Assembly (NCBI GenBank): GCA_040879645.1
Contig: JBBDJY010000013.1
Span: 30,366-94,365 of the forward strand
Direction: 5' to 3'
DNA from: Minisyncoccota bacterium
Lineage (GTDB): Bacteria > Patescibacteriota > Minisyncoccia > Phycocordibacterales > XYD1-FULL-46-19
DNA: 64,000 nt
The notes under the pieces were generated by a model, which was given only the letters and a program-made list of their open reading frames with translations, was not told where the DNA came from and ran no database searches. Made by a program: the position numbers and the translations under genes. Positions 46,221 to 55,782 of this stretch are shown piece after piece (within the stretch, counting starts at the first letter, position 1; the number at the start of each line of letters is the position of its first letter).

Positions 46221-46826
46221 ATGAGTATGCGAAAAATCCCTGATTCTCTCATAATGAAAAAAATACAAGACATCGCAGTTTTCTTTTTTATCCTATGTGT
46301 TGCCACTTTATCCTTTATTTCTATTTTGGGAATTTGGGAATTTTTTGAAGAAGAGATAATTTTAAAATCATTTCAAACAATTGGTCTTTTAGCGATTGTG
46401 GCCGTGAATGTAATTATTGTAGCCGTTTTTCGATTGGCGCTTTGGCGTGTTTCAATTGATACTAAAATCAGCGGGAATACTCATCTTCCAACGCCGCCGG
46501 TTGAAGTTAATCCGGTTTTTGCCGTTTTGCGTCATGGAATGATTATCTTATTGATTATCTCGGTGGTTTTATTGGCCCTATTTGGGATTTTGGCTATTTG
46601 GGAAGTTTTACCTAAGGATATTATTGGTAAATCATTAGCCTCAATTGCGACAATTGTTTTTGCTTCTTTTATTATCGTCTTTACTTGTCTTAGTCGGGAA
46701 AATCATAAATTATTACGGCCCAAAAAAGATAATCAACATCTATCGGCCGGCCGAATCATCCTATATGTTATTTTGGCTATTATTTTTATACCGTGGTTTG
46801 TTTCCCTTATGTTTTCTTTCTATTAA
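46221..46826 (+). CDS. Integral membrane protein, hypothetical (4-5 TM)
   Basis: 201 aa, hydrophobic. Confidence 0.45.
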   Translation: MSMRKIPDSLIMKKIQDIAVFFFILCVATLSFISILGIWEFFEEEIILKSFQTIGLLAIVAVNVIIVAVFRLALWRVSIDTKISGNTHLPTPPVEVNPVFAVLRHGMIILLIISVVLLALFGILAIWEVLPKDIIGKSLASIATIVFASFIIVFTCLSRENHKLLRPKKDNQHLSAGRIILYVILAIIFIPWFVSLMFSFY

Positions 46827-46905
46827 TTTACCGAGGAAGAAATAATTACGAATAAAAATAAACAAAATTCTTTTTAGGTTGGTTCGTAAATTCAATTATG
46901 CTTAA

Positions 46906-46942
46906 GCAAAAAAGACTGGCGCGGATGCGTCAGTCTTTTTTG
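46906..46942. terminator. Bidirectional terminator between the membrane protein gene and clpP
   Basis: aaaaa-gactggcgc-ggat-gcgtcagtc-tttttt. Confidence 0.55.
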
Positions 46943-46961
46943 TTATCAACCGTAAATCGGG

Positions 46962-47543
46962 CTATTTGGCGGTGGCGACGATTTTGTCGATGACGCCGTA
47001 TTTTTTGGCTTCTTCGGCTGAGAGGTAGTAATCACGATCGGAATCTTTTTCAATTTGAGCCAAATCCTGGCCGGTATTTTTGGCCATAATTTTATTGAGA
47101 TTTTCTTTAATCTTGAGGATTTGTTTGGCGGTAATGGCAATATCCGAAGCCTGGCCTTCAATCCCGCCAAGCGGTTGGTGGATCATCACTTCGGCATTGG
47201 GCAGAGCAAAACGCTTGCCCTTGGCACCGGAGGACAAAACTACCGCTCCGCCGGAAGCGGCCAAGCCGATGCAAATAGTGGAAACATCCGGTTTGATATA
47301 GTTCATCGTATCGATCACCGCCAAGGTTGAGGTAACCGAACCGCCGGGCGAATTGACATACAATTTAACATCCTTTTTCGGGTCGGCTGATTCCAAGAAT
47401 AAAAGCTGGGCGATAACAATATTGGCCGATTGGTCGTCAATTGGCCCACCAAGGAAAACAATTCGCTCTTTTAATAAACGAGAATATATATCGTAGGCTC
47501 GTTCGCCATATTGGGATTTTTCGATAACGGTAGGAATAAGCAT
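46962..47543 (-). CDS. clpP: ATP-dependent Clp protease proteolytic subunit
   Basis: 193 aa with the catalytic Ser context [10 protein letters not shown] and the His/Asp region. Confidence 0.95.
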   Translation of the reverse strand: MLIPTVIEKSQYGERAYDIYSRLLKERIVFLGGPIDDQSANIVIAQLLFLESADPKKDVKLYVNSPGGSVTSTLAVIDTMNYIKPDVSTICIGLAASGGAVVLSSGAKGKRFALPNAEVMIHQPLGGIEGQASDIAITAKQILKIKENLNKIMAKNTGQDLAQIEKDSDRDYYLSAEEAKKYGVIDKIVATAK

Positions 47544-47602
47544 ATTTTTATTGATTACCGGCCATTGACTGATTCAATCGCCGAATTTGTATTATAGAAC
47601 GA

Positions 47603-48655
47603 TTAAGCGTCTTTTTCAAGCAATTCCAAGGCTTTTTCATTAAGTAAAACGCCTTGGGCGTAACGGCGAACGGCCGCCGGGTCAATATTTTCGTTAGCTT
47701 GATGGTGTTTGAGAATGGCTTCGGTGTATTGATCAACTTCATCTTGGCCGACTTCCAGTTTTTCGGCGGCGATGATTTTTTCCAGAATCAGACCGACTTT
47801 GACTCGCTTGGTGGCATCGTCTTTCCAGCCGGCCGTTAATTCATCAGTGGTTTTCTTGAGGTGATTTAGGTAATCGTCAAATTTAATTCCCATTTGCTCG
47901 ATTTGGCCTTTAAGTTCGGCCAACATTTTTTGCAGTTCTTGGTTGATTAGAATATCGGGCAAGGCCGGATTAACGGCGGCGGCCAGGCGGTCTAAGATGG
48001 CCGCTCGCCGTTTTTCTTTTTGCTTATGAGTTTTTTCGGCGGTCAATTGAGCTTTAATTTTATCGCGAAAATCAGCTACGGTGGCAAAATCACCGAATTT
48101 TTTAATGAAGGCCTCGTCAATCGGCGGCCGGTCTTCGGTTTTGGTTTCACCTCCTTCTTCTTTTTGGGGAGTATTTTTCGCGACCTCCATTTTTTGGAGA
48201 TTGGCGATGAAGTCGTCAATTTCTTTAGCGGTAATTTCTTCGTCGTTAATTGGCGTTTCGGCTAAGGCTTCGGTTGCCAATTGGCGATAGTCGGGTAAGT
48301 CAAAGGTCGGCACGATGGCCGTTTTAATGGTAAAACCTAGCGGATTGTCTTTAGCCAGCTTGGTAATGGTAACGGCTGGCCGGCCAATCGGTGCCAATTC
48401 TTTTTCGGCAACGATTTCCGGGTAGGCCTTTTGCAAGGCCTCCTCGGCCATTTGTTGGAGAATCGTCTCTTCACCTAGACGGTCAATTAAAATTTTTTCC
48501 GGTACTTGACCGGGGCGAAAACCGTCAATGGTGGCGGTGGCTTGCAATTTTTTAATCACCGCCGGCCGGTAAGTGGCAAAATCTTCGGCTGAAACTTCGC
48601 CGCTGATTTCTAGTTGGCCGTCTTTATCTTCAGTAATTTTGAGGTTATAAGGCAT
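47603..48655 (-). CDS. tig: Trigger factor (short form, apparently lacking the central PPIase domain)
   Basis: 350 aa. Ribosome-binding N-domain (GFRPGQVP) and C-terminal chaperone arms are present. The conserved tig-clpP order is preserved. Confidence 0.8.
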   Translation of the reverse strand: MPYNLKITEDKDGQLEISGEVSAEDFATYRPAVIKKLQATATIDGFRPGQVPEKILIDRLGEETILQQMAEEALQKAYPEIVAEKELAPIGRPAVTITKLAKDNPLGFTIKTAIVPTFDLPDYRQLATEALAETPINDEEITAKEIDDFIANLQKMEVAKNTPQKEEGGETKTEDRPPIDEAFIKKFGDFATVADFRDKIKAQLTAEKTHKQKEKRRAAILDRLAAAVNPALPDILINQELQKMLAELKGQIEQMGIKFDDYLNHLKKTTDELTAGWKDDATKRVKVGLILEKIIAAEKLEVGQDEVDQYTEAILKHHQANENIDPAAVRRYAQGVLLNEKALELLEKDA

Positions 48656-48744
48656 ATTAATTTTTATTTATTTTAAACCGCTTTTCAGTCTAACCCAATC
48701 GGCCTTTTTTTCAAAGCCTTATTTTTTATCACCGTTTGGGGTCA

Positions 48745-48774
48745 TAAAAAAATCCCGCCGGAGCGGGATCTTTT
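48745..48774 (-). terminator. Rho-independent terminator (usable in both orientations)
   Basis: aaaaaa-atcccgc-cgga-gcgggat-ctttt. Confidence 0.55.
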
Positions 48775-48801
48775 AAGTTGAGGGAATTAGTTTGATTGAG
48801 C

Positions 48802-49137
48802 TTACAATTCCGCTTCCAAATCTTCTAATTCTTGGTCAAGGCCTTCCAATTCGGTATTTAAAGCGTCGGCCTCAATGGCGTCCAATTCGGTCGATGAGTC
48901 TTGTTCCAACAGGGCTTCGGTTTGGCCATTTTCATCAGTCGGCAAACCTCCTTCCCGGCCGAATAGGACATAGAGACCGCCGAGAACCAAGATTAAGATG
49001 ATGATGATAATCCCAATGGTTGGTCCTTTGGATTCTTTCATCGCCGGTCCGTTGCCAAAACTGTTGTCGTTAAAAGTCGGCTCGTTGTTAATCGCTTGAT
49101 TTTCCCCTTGATTAATTTGCTCGTTATTTTCCTCCAT
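48802..49137 (-). CDS. Small single-TM protein with a Q/N/E-rich N-terminus and an acidic C-terminal tail; paralog of 52259..52660
   Basis: 111 aa beginning MEENNEQINQGENQ, with one TM and a D/E-rich repeat tail. Confidence 0.55.
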   Translation of the reverse strand: MEENNEQINQGENQAINNEPTFNDNSFGNGPAMKESKGPTIGIIIIILILVLGGLYVLFGREGGLPTDENGQTEALLEQDSSTELDAIEADALNTELEGLDQELEDLEAEL

Positions 49138-49158
49138 GAATTAAATGTTAATTGTTAA

Positions 49159-49959
49159 TTATTGATCAATATCCTCGGTTTCATCGTCTTCGGTTTCGTC
49201 ATCATTTTCAGTTTCATCTCCCTCGGCTTCTTCATCGTCGACTTCGTCTTGATTGGCGGAAGACATCCCCCGAGCTTCGGTTATCGCCCGAACGACCATT
49301 TGATGGGCTTCACGGACTTTGGCAATACTGGCCGAAGTGACACTGCGAGCGGCGGCCAGATAATCAGCCGGACCGGCTTCCGGTGTTAAGCTGTCAATGG
49401 CCGTGTGAGCTTGTTCCAGTAATAGCCGTCCATCGGACACTAATTGAGCCGCTTCAACTAAAGTTTGGCGTGGTTGATCGACATTGGCACCATCGGCTTC
49501 AAAAATGTCCAAGCGTTCTTCTAAGCGCAAGGCCAGCATCTCTACCCGGACAAAAGCGGCTTCAATCCGATTAAGCATCCGAAGAACATTTTGTCTGAGT
49601 TTGTCATCTCGATTAGCCATTCGGTCTTCTGCAATATTGGCTTGGTTTTCTCTAACCATTTGGATCCTTTCTTCAATTCGTTCTTTTAGTTGATTTCGCA
49701 CCGCCTCTCGTTCCGCACTGCCGGCCGGCGCTCCCAAGGCCCGAGATGGCAATACCGCTTCGCGTTGTTCGCGAGCGCGCTCTTGTAAAGTTTGACCCGG
49801 AGAGGTTGGTCGCTCCTCGTCAATTGTCGTTTCTATCGCTTCACTATTCCCTCGGTCTCTCGCGGTGGTCGAATCGATATCAGCGGCTTCTTGGCCACTG
49901 GCTGAACCGGCCAAGCCAAAGATGACGAGGAAGGCAATCAAAAAAGCAAAATTCTTCAT
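49159..49959 (-). CDS. Secreted coiled-coil protein with a poly-acidic C-terminus, hypothetical
   Basis: 266 aa with a signal peptide, helical repeats and a terminal DDETEDDETEDIDQ stretch. Confidence 0.5.
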   Translation of the reverse strand: MKNFAFLIAFLVIFGLAGSASGQEAADIDSTTARDRGNSEAIETTIDEERPTSPGQTLQERAREQREAVLPSRALGAPAGSAEREAVRNQLKERIEERIQMVRENQANIAEDRMANRDDKLRQNVLRMLNRIEAAFVRVEMLALRLEERLDIFEADGANVDQPRQTLVEAAQLVSDGRLLLEQAHTAIDSLTPEAGPADYLAAARSVTSASIAKVREAHQMVVRAITEARGMSSANQDEVDDEEAEGDETENDDETEDDETEDIDQ

Positions 49960-50062
49960 AAAATTTTATTATTGATTAATTAAAAATAAAGATAATAATC
50001 GGCCGATACTTGAAAATCAAGTATCGGCCTTATTATACCATAGGGTCAATTGATTTTGTCAG

Positions 50063-50590
50063 TTATGACTGGGGATATTTATTTTGATAGAGTTTAATTG
50101 AGTGTCGCAGGGCTTTTTGGGCTTCTTTTTTGTCTCCCCATTTACCAATCTTGACTTCCTTTTTTTGTAAATCTTTATACACCTTAAAAAAGTGGGAAAT
50201 CTCTTCCAAAATATGCGGTTCGGTGTTGGGCAGATCACGCAAACCGTTAAAGCGGGGATCGGCCACCGGGACGGCCAAAACTTTGGCGTCGGATTTGCCG
50301 TCATCGGTCATATCCATAATGCCGATGGCTCGGGCTTTAACCAAGGCGCCGGGGACGAAAGGTTCGTGAGAGATGACCAAAACATCAAGCGGGTCGCCGT
50401 CGTCCCAGAGGGTTTGGGGGACAAAGCCATAATTAGCCGGATAGTGCATCGGCGAATACAAAACTCGATCAACCTGGATCAAACCGGTTTCTTTTTCCAA
50501 TTCGTATTTAATTCGTGATAATTTGGGAATTTCAACCACGACGTTGAATTCTTCTTCGTCTCCCAGTGGGATATCGTGCCATAGATTCAT
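50063..50590 (-). CDS. ppa: Inorganic pyrophosphatase (family I)
   Basis: 175 aa with DPLDVLV and other conserved Asp clusters. Confidence 0.9.
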   Translation of the reverse strand: MNLWHDIPLGDEEEFNVVVEIPKLSRIKYELEKETGLIQVDRVLYSPMHYPANYGFVPQTLWDDGDPLDVLVISHEPFVPGALVKARAIGIMDMTDDGKSDAKVLAVPVADPRFNGLRDLPNTEPHILEEISHFFKVYKDLQKKEVKIGKWGDKKEAQKALRHSIKLYQNKYPQS

Positions 50591-50656
50591 ATTATTGGGG
50601 ATTATGTGATTTGAAACGCCACTTGAGCGTTTCCGATTAATAGTGGTTTGATTATA

Positions 50657-51991
50657 TTACCCTTTTGGCTCTTCTTCAATGTTTGATTCTTGGTCGGCGG
50701 ATTTTTCAGTGCCCGGGTCTTCCGTCGGGGCGGTTTCCGGTTCTTCTTGGTTTTCGGCGATTTCTTCGGATGAAGTTTCTCCATCTTTTTCTTCAGTCTC
50801 GGTGTCATCGTTTTTGTCTTGGTTGGTTGTCGGGTCGTCGGTCGGGAGTTCACTAGTATCAACTTCGGCCTCGGCCGGAGAGACAACTTCTTCCTCACTG
50901 GTTTCCGGCGATTTGATATCTATTTTCCAGCCGGTTAATTTGGCGGCCAGACGGACATTTTGTCCGCCTTTACCGACGGCTAAGGAAAATTGATCCGGCG
51001 CCACTAAAACGGTAGCGGTGCCGACTTCCTTGTCTAACGTAATATCCAGAATTTTAGCTGGCGACAAGGCGTTGGAAATAAATTCTTCCGACGATTCCGA
51101 CCATTCAATAATGTCTATTTTTTCTCCGCCCAATTCCGAAATGATCGTTGTTACCCGCGAGCCTCTTTGGCCGACACAGGAGCCGACCGGATCAATGCCG
51201 TCATCGTGAGAAAAGACGGCGATTTTGGTGCGAACGCCGGCTTCACGGGCGATTGATTTTATTTCCACCAACCCCTCGGCAATTTCCGGGGCTTCGATTT
51301 CAAACAGTTTTTCTACAAATTTGGGATGAGAGCGAGACAATTTCAAATTGATTCCGCGTGGCGTTTCTTCCACCAGGTATAGATAAGCGCGAATCCGCTC
51401 GCCTTGACGGTAGTATTCGCCGGGAATTTGTTCTTCGTGAGGCAAAAGACCGGTGACTCGGCCCATATCAACAAAAACATTACCGCGCTCGATTTTTTGC
51501 ACTTTACCGCTGGTAATCTCGCCTTCTTTGTCGGAGTATTCGCCCATAACGGAGACTTTTTCCGCTTCTCGCAAGCGTTGAATAATAACTTGTTTGGCGG
51601 TTTGGGCGGCAATCCGGCCGTAATCATCCTTGGTTTCCAAAGGGAAAATCAATTCATCATCCGGTTTGGCATCTTTTTTGATCTTTTTGGCATCAGCTAA
51701 AAAGATATGATGCTCTTCATTAAAGCGAGGCCGTTCGTCTTCGTCGTCGGTTTTGTCTTCTTCGTCCAACCGAACTTGATCCGGATCAACGACAATCTTA
51801 ACCTGGAAAAATTCAATTTTACCGGTATCGGTATCAAAATGCGCCCGAATAATCTGGCCCTTTTTACCATAGTCTTTTTTATAAGCAGCGGTTAGCGAAT
51901 CTTCAATCGCTTCCAAGATTTTTTCTTTGGGGATATTTCGCTCTTCCTCTAATTGTTCCAGCGATGATTTTAAAGCTTTGAGATCAATCAT
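50657..51991 (-). CDS. nusA: Transcription termination/antitermination factor NusA with an acidic C-terminal extension
   Basis: N-terminal domain, S1 and two KH domains (GQRGSRV, GKGGQNVRLA), followed by an E/D/T-rich tail. Confidence 0.9.
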   Translation of the reverse strand: MIDLKALKSSLEQLEEERNIPKEKILEAIEDSLTAAYKKDYGKKGQIIRAHFDTDTGKIEFFQVKIVVDPDQVRLDEEDKTDDEDERPRFNEEHHIFLADAKKIKKDAKPDDELIFPLETKDDYGRIAAQTAKQVIIQRLREAEKVSVMGEYSDKEGEITSGKVQKIERGNVFVDMGRVTGLLPHEEQIPGEYYRQGERIRAYLYLVEETPRGINLKLSRSHPKFVEKLFEIEAPEIAEGLVEIKSIAREAGVRTKIAVFSHDDGIDPVGSCVGQRGSRVTTIISELGGEKIDIIEWSESSEEFISNALSPAKILDITLDKEVGTATVLVAPDQFSLAVGKGGQNVRLAAKLTGWKIDIKSPETSEEEVVSPAEAEVDTSELPTDDPTTNQDKNDDTETEEKDGETSSEEIAENQEEPETAPTEDPGTEKSADQESNIEEEPKG

Positions 51992-52258
51992 ATTTAATGA
52001 ATTAAATTTTAATACTTATATTATGTCCGAGGACGGCACCTAAGGCTAATTTTTTGAAAAAAATTTGCCCGTTTGGCTAACGGACATTGACATCATAAGC
52101 ATACTTGATGGTTTAAATCTTGTCAATCCGCCCGGACTATCCCTGATTTATCAACAGTCCGGCTTGACGATGATTGTTTGCTTATTTGATTATGGTACTA
52201 TTATTGTATCAATTAATATCATTGTCGATTTCTTATCATTAATCCTTAATATTTAAAT

Positions 52259-52660
52259 ATGGAAGAACAAAATCAAGAGAACAATCAGGGCGAGAATCAA
52301 GAATTCAATCCTGAACCGGAATTAGCCCAGCCGGATGAAGTAAAGACCGGCCACTTGGTGCGGAATTCCGCCGCCGCCATCGCGATTATTATTGTTTTGG
52401 CTTTGATTGTTTTGGCGGTAATCGGCAGTCAAACCGAGCCGGAACCGGCCACCGAAACAGCTAATGAAGAATTGACCGAAGAAGATCGGGCCGAAATCCT
52501 TCGACAATTGGAAGAAAATGCTGAAGAAGCCGAGCCCCTAACCGAAGAAGATCGGGCCGAAATCCTTCGACAGCTGGAAGAAAACGCTGAAGAAGCCGAG
52601 CCCCTAACCGAAGAAGATCGGGCCGAAATCCTTCGACAATTGGAACAAGGTTCGCAATAA
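52259..52660 (+). CDS. Small single-TM protein with a Q/N/E-rich N-terminus and three perfect 22-aa tandem repeats in its acidic tail
   Basis: 133 aa beginning MEEQNQENNQGENQ, with one TM, followed by 3x LTEEDRAEILRQLEENAEEAEP. Confidence 0.6.
   Translation: MEEQNQENNQGENQEFNPEPELAQPDEVKTGHLVRNSAAAIAIIIVLALIVLAVIGSQTEPEPATETANEELTEEDRAEILRQLEENAEEAEPLTEEDRAEILRQLEENAEEAEPLTEEDRAEILRQLEQGSQ
52472..52650 (+). repeat. 66-bp tandem repeat, about 2.7 copies, within the coding sequence
   Basis: Units at about 52472..52537, 52538..52603 and 52604..52650 are nearly identical. Confidence 0.8.
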
Positions 52661-52676
52661 TCATTTTTAAATTAAT

Positions 52677-55631
52677 ATGAGTATGCTTTTCAAAAAAAAT
52701 AAAAAACCGGTAGCGATTATCGCTTTCGGTGCGCTTTTGTCTTTGGTTTTGGTTGGTACCGCTTTGGCTCAATATACCGGTCCTTGCGGTACGCCTGAAG
52801 AGTGTAACGCTCCGGCGCCGATTAATGTTAGCGTTGTCGAGCAGACGAAAATTGGATCTCTGATTTTAGGGACTTTAAGAACTCAACTTGGTACGGCTAT
52901 TGGTCATAATGACGGAGTTAGTACCAATGATCTTGGTCGCCGAAGTTTACAATTTACCACCGATACCGAATATGGTGGTATTCATAATGCTCATTCCGGA
53001 TATTTAATGTATTCCACTATGCCCGGTGGTTGGGGTACAGCTCGCCTGCATTTTGCTCGCTCTACTGGATGGAAAACTTATGACACAACTCCAACTTTGA
53101 CTTTGGCTGGCCGTCGAGTTGGCATTGGGACGGATATTCCTCAATATAGTTTGGATGTAGTTGGGAATCTCCGGGGTAGTAGTTTCTTAACAGAAAATAG
53201 CAATGGTTATAGGGGTCTTTTCTTTGTCCATGGTAGCGACCCAAGTAATTATCTTGGTTTGCGGTCAATAGCTATTTCCGGCTCAACTCAATTCCAACCG
53301 ATTCGTTTGCAACAGCAAATAGACGGCGGAAGCTTGACTAATAGGGTAACAATCAATGAGGCCGGCCGGTTAATTTTTCATAATTTACCGCAACAATCAG
53401 CCTATCCGCGGGTTTTAGTTACTGATGCAGATGGCATGATTGGTTTTAAACCGATCGGTGAAATTGACGGTGGCGACGGTGATAGTTTATGGTCCCAAGG
53501 CACGGGTGATAATATTTACCGTTCACTAGGTAATGTCGGAATCGGTGTTATTAGTCCGACTGGTCGACTACAGGTTGATGGAGGCGATGTTATATTCGAT
53601 AGAGGAGATTTTATATGGAACAATCAAAGCGAACCTTATAGGGCCACTTTTCGCGGTTGGAATGGAAATCAAGTTTTGGTAGTTGATGCGCAATCTGAAT
53701 CAGTTGCAATTGGTCATGAATTTCCATCCGCTAAACTTCATGTTTTGGGTTCTACTAGATTACAGTCTTTGCCTGAAAATTCTACCAATAATCGGGTAAT
53801 CACTGCTGATGATAACGGTAATTTAGGTTATAAAGAAATAGATACGCTTGGCGGTGGTGGCTTACCGGCTGGCTCGTCTTCGCAAACTTTGCGCTATGTC
53901 GGTGGTACGACTAATGCTTGGGTGGCTTCTTCCATTCTTGTAAATGACGGTCAACAGATTTTTGTCCTTGGTACCGATCCGCAAACATCCCTGATTACCG
54001 CTCAAAAAAATGCTCCCGATGTTCGAATTTCTCTTACCATTCCTCATTCCAGTGGTAGTGGTAATCATACTTGGAGTATCGCTAATGGTTGGCAGGTTGG
54101 GTCAGCCCCGGCAGATTCTTTCTCTATTCTTGACCAAACGGCGGGTCTTGCTCGTCTGTTGATTGCTCCGAGTGGTAATGTCGGTTTGGGAACCAATAAT
54201 CCCAGGAATAAGCTTCATATGCATCAATCGACTTCCGGGGCAACAAATTATATGCGATTTACCAATGCCACCACGGGCACCGGTTCTGGCGATGGGTCCC
54301 TCTATGGCCTGACCGCCGCCGGTAATGCTTTGATTTGGAATTATGAGCCGACTAATATTTCTTTTGCCACTAATAACTTGGAGCGAGTCAGGATAGCCAG
54401 CAATGGTCATGTTGGCATCGGAACCGCTAATCCGCAGGCACTCCTGGAAGTTGGTGGCGATACTTATGACGCTTCGGCTTTTGTTCGAGTTAATTCGTTG
54501 AGCAGTCGTGCCGCCGGCATTCAATGGGCTACCGCCGGTACTCCCCAGTGGTATCTTTATAAGCCGAATGACTCTTCCGGTAATTTGGTTTTTGCCAATC
54601 AAGGCAATAGTAATAGATTAGTCCTTAAACAAGATGGCGTTATCCAATTATCCAGCTTACCTGAACAATCAGCTCATCCGCGTGTGGTAGTCAGTGATAC
54701 GGCCGGTAATCTGGGGTGGAAAAGCGTAATGGAGTTAGGTGGTGGCGGTCTCCCGGCTGGTAATTCCAGTCAAACTTTGAGACACGATGGTACTAATTGG
54801 GTAGCGGCGAATAACCTGTTAAATTCAGGAACCAGTATAGCGGCGGATAATCAAATTGCAATTATCGGGACTGCTCCTCGGTTGCGGTTATTGACTGCGC
54901 CAGATACCGGTTGGAATCTGGATACTAGTAACGACCGATTTAGGATTTTCCACACTACAAGTCCAAACCCAACGATTGAGAGATTTACCATTATACCCAA
55001 TGGCAATGTTGGGATTAGAAATCCAAATCCCAGCAATTTGCTAGAAATTGGCCATGAGGCATTGTCAGCTGATAGTGTTTTTGTTTCTGTCTGGGCTGAT
55101 AATATTGTAGAAGCGGGATTACAATTAAAATCAGGTGGAACAGATGCGCCTAATGGTTGGGCTTGGGCCATATCTCGAAGTACGGGCAGTAATCCAGTTT
55201 TAAACATTAAAAATCGTACTAATGTACCTATAATGCGATTTACTCAAGGTGGAGATGTGTCTTTACCGACAGTTAGTCAGGATGATGTTGCCACTCGTTC
55301 GGTAGTGATTGACAATAACGGTAAGCTTGGCTGGCAAGAAGAATCCAGTCCTTATCTTTATGCTCAATTTGTCTATGAAGGAGGTAGTAATTTTAGTCCT
55401 TCTTCTCCAAACCCAGATGGTATTATGTGGAACACGGCAGAGAACTGGTGGAATCGTGATATGGCTTCTATGGAATGCCCCGCTGATTATACTCTTATCT
55501 CTGGAGGAGTGATGTGCCAACTAGGAGAAAGAGTTAACACTAATGCTCGGATTAATAATCAATGGGTAGTCAGTTGTGGAACTGAACTTGCCCACATACA
55601 AAGAATGTCAATTACCTGTGCTCGGGATTAA
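52677..55631 (+). CDS. Large secreted repeat protein (tail-fibre or adhesin-like) with GNVGIGTxNP-type motifs and three internal about 50-aa repeats
   Basis: 984 aa with a signal peptide. Recurrent GNVGIGV/GHVGIGTANP/GNVGLGTNNP motifs. Repeated block SLPE(N/Q)S..RV...D..GNLG(Y/W)K...LGGGGLPAG(S/N)SSQTLR. Cys-containing C-terminal domain. Confidence 0.6.
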   Translation: MSMLFKKNKKPVAIIAFGALLSLVLVGTALAQYTGPCGTPEECNAPAPINVSVVEQTKIGSLILGTLRTQLGTAIGHNDGVSTNDLGRRSLQFTTDTEYGGIHNAHSGYLMYSTMPGGWGTARLHFARSTGWKTYDTTPTLTLAGRRVGIGTDIPQYSLDVVGNLRGSSFLTENSNGYRGLFFVHGSDPSNYLGLRSIAISGSTQFQPIRLQQQIDGGSLTNRVTINEAGRLIFHNLPQQSAYPRVLVTDADGMIGFKPIGEIDGGDGDSLWSQGTGDNIYRSLGNVGIGVISPTGRLQVDGGDVIFDRGDFIWNNQSEPYRATFRGWNGNQVLVVDAQSESVAIGHEFPSAKLHVLGSTRLQSLPENSTNNRVITADDNGNLGYKEIDTLGGGGLPAGSSSQTLRYVGGTTNAWVASSILVNDGQQIFVLGTDPQTSLITAQKNAPDVRISLTIPHSSGSGNHTWSIANGWQVGSAPADSFSILDQTAGLARLLIAPSGNVGLGTNNPRNKLHMHQSTSGATNYMRFTNATTGTGSGDGSLYGLTAAGNALIWNYEPTNISFATNNLERVRIASNGHVGIGTANPQALLEVGGDTYDASAFVRVNSLSSRAAGIQWATAGTPQWYLYKPNDSSGNLVFANQGNSNRLVLKQDGVIQLSSLPEQSAHPRVVVSDTAGNLGWKSVMELGGGGLPAGNSSQTLRHDGTNWVAANNLLNSGTSIAADNQIAIIGTAPRLRLLTAPDTGWNLDTSNDRFRIFHTTSPNPTIERFTIIPNGNVGIRNPNPSNLLEIGHEALSADSVFVSVWADNIVEAGLQLKSGGTDAPNGWAWAISRSTGSNPVLNIKNRTNVPIMRFTQGGDVSLPTVSQDDVATRSVVIDNNGKLGWQEESSPYLYAQFVYEGGSNFSPSSPNPDGIMWNTAENWWNRDMASMECPADYTLISGGVMCQLGERVNTNARINNQWVVSCGTELAHIQRMSITCARD

Positions 55632-55647
55632 GGAAATCTTTTACCTC

Positions 55648-55680
55648 TTGACAAAATCATATCTCTCGTTCTATGATGAC
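55648..55680 (+). promoter_or_regulatory. Candidate sigma70-type promoter for the lipoprotein gene
   Basis: TTGACA-N18-TATGAT. A strong AGGAGG Shine-Dalgarno lies 7 nt before the ATG at 55783. Confidence 0.35.
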
Positions 55681-55782
55681 AATAGATAGTCCCGGATGTC
55701 AATCTGGGTTTGACAATTAGAAACTGTCATACTGTCTTCACAAACAAATCGCTTCACTGGGAAGCGAAGAAGGAGGTGTTCA

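Noticed and set aside
50602-50898. 98-aa highly basic ORF overlapping the nusA 3' end
   Set aside because: It is the alternate frame of the acidic NusA tail, since reverse-frame reading of E/D-rich codons yields K/R-rich peptides. No independent support.
52472-52650. Possible CRISPR array, given the regular 66-bp repeats
   Set aside because: The repeats are perfect in-frame tandem copies inside a coding sequence with no spacers and no cas genes. This is a protein tandem repeat.
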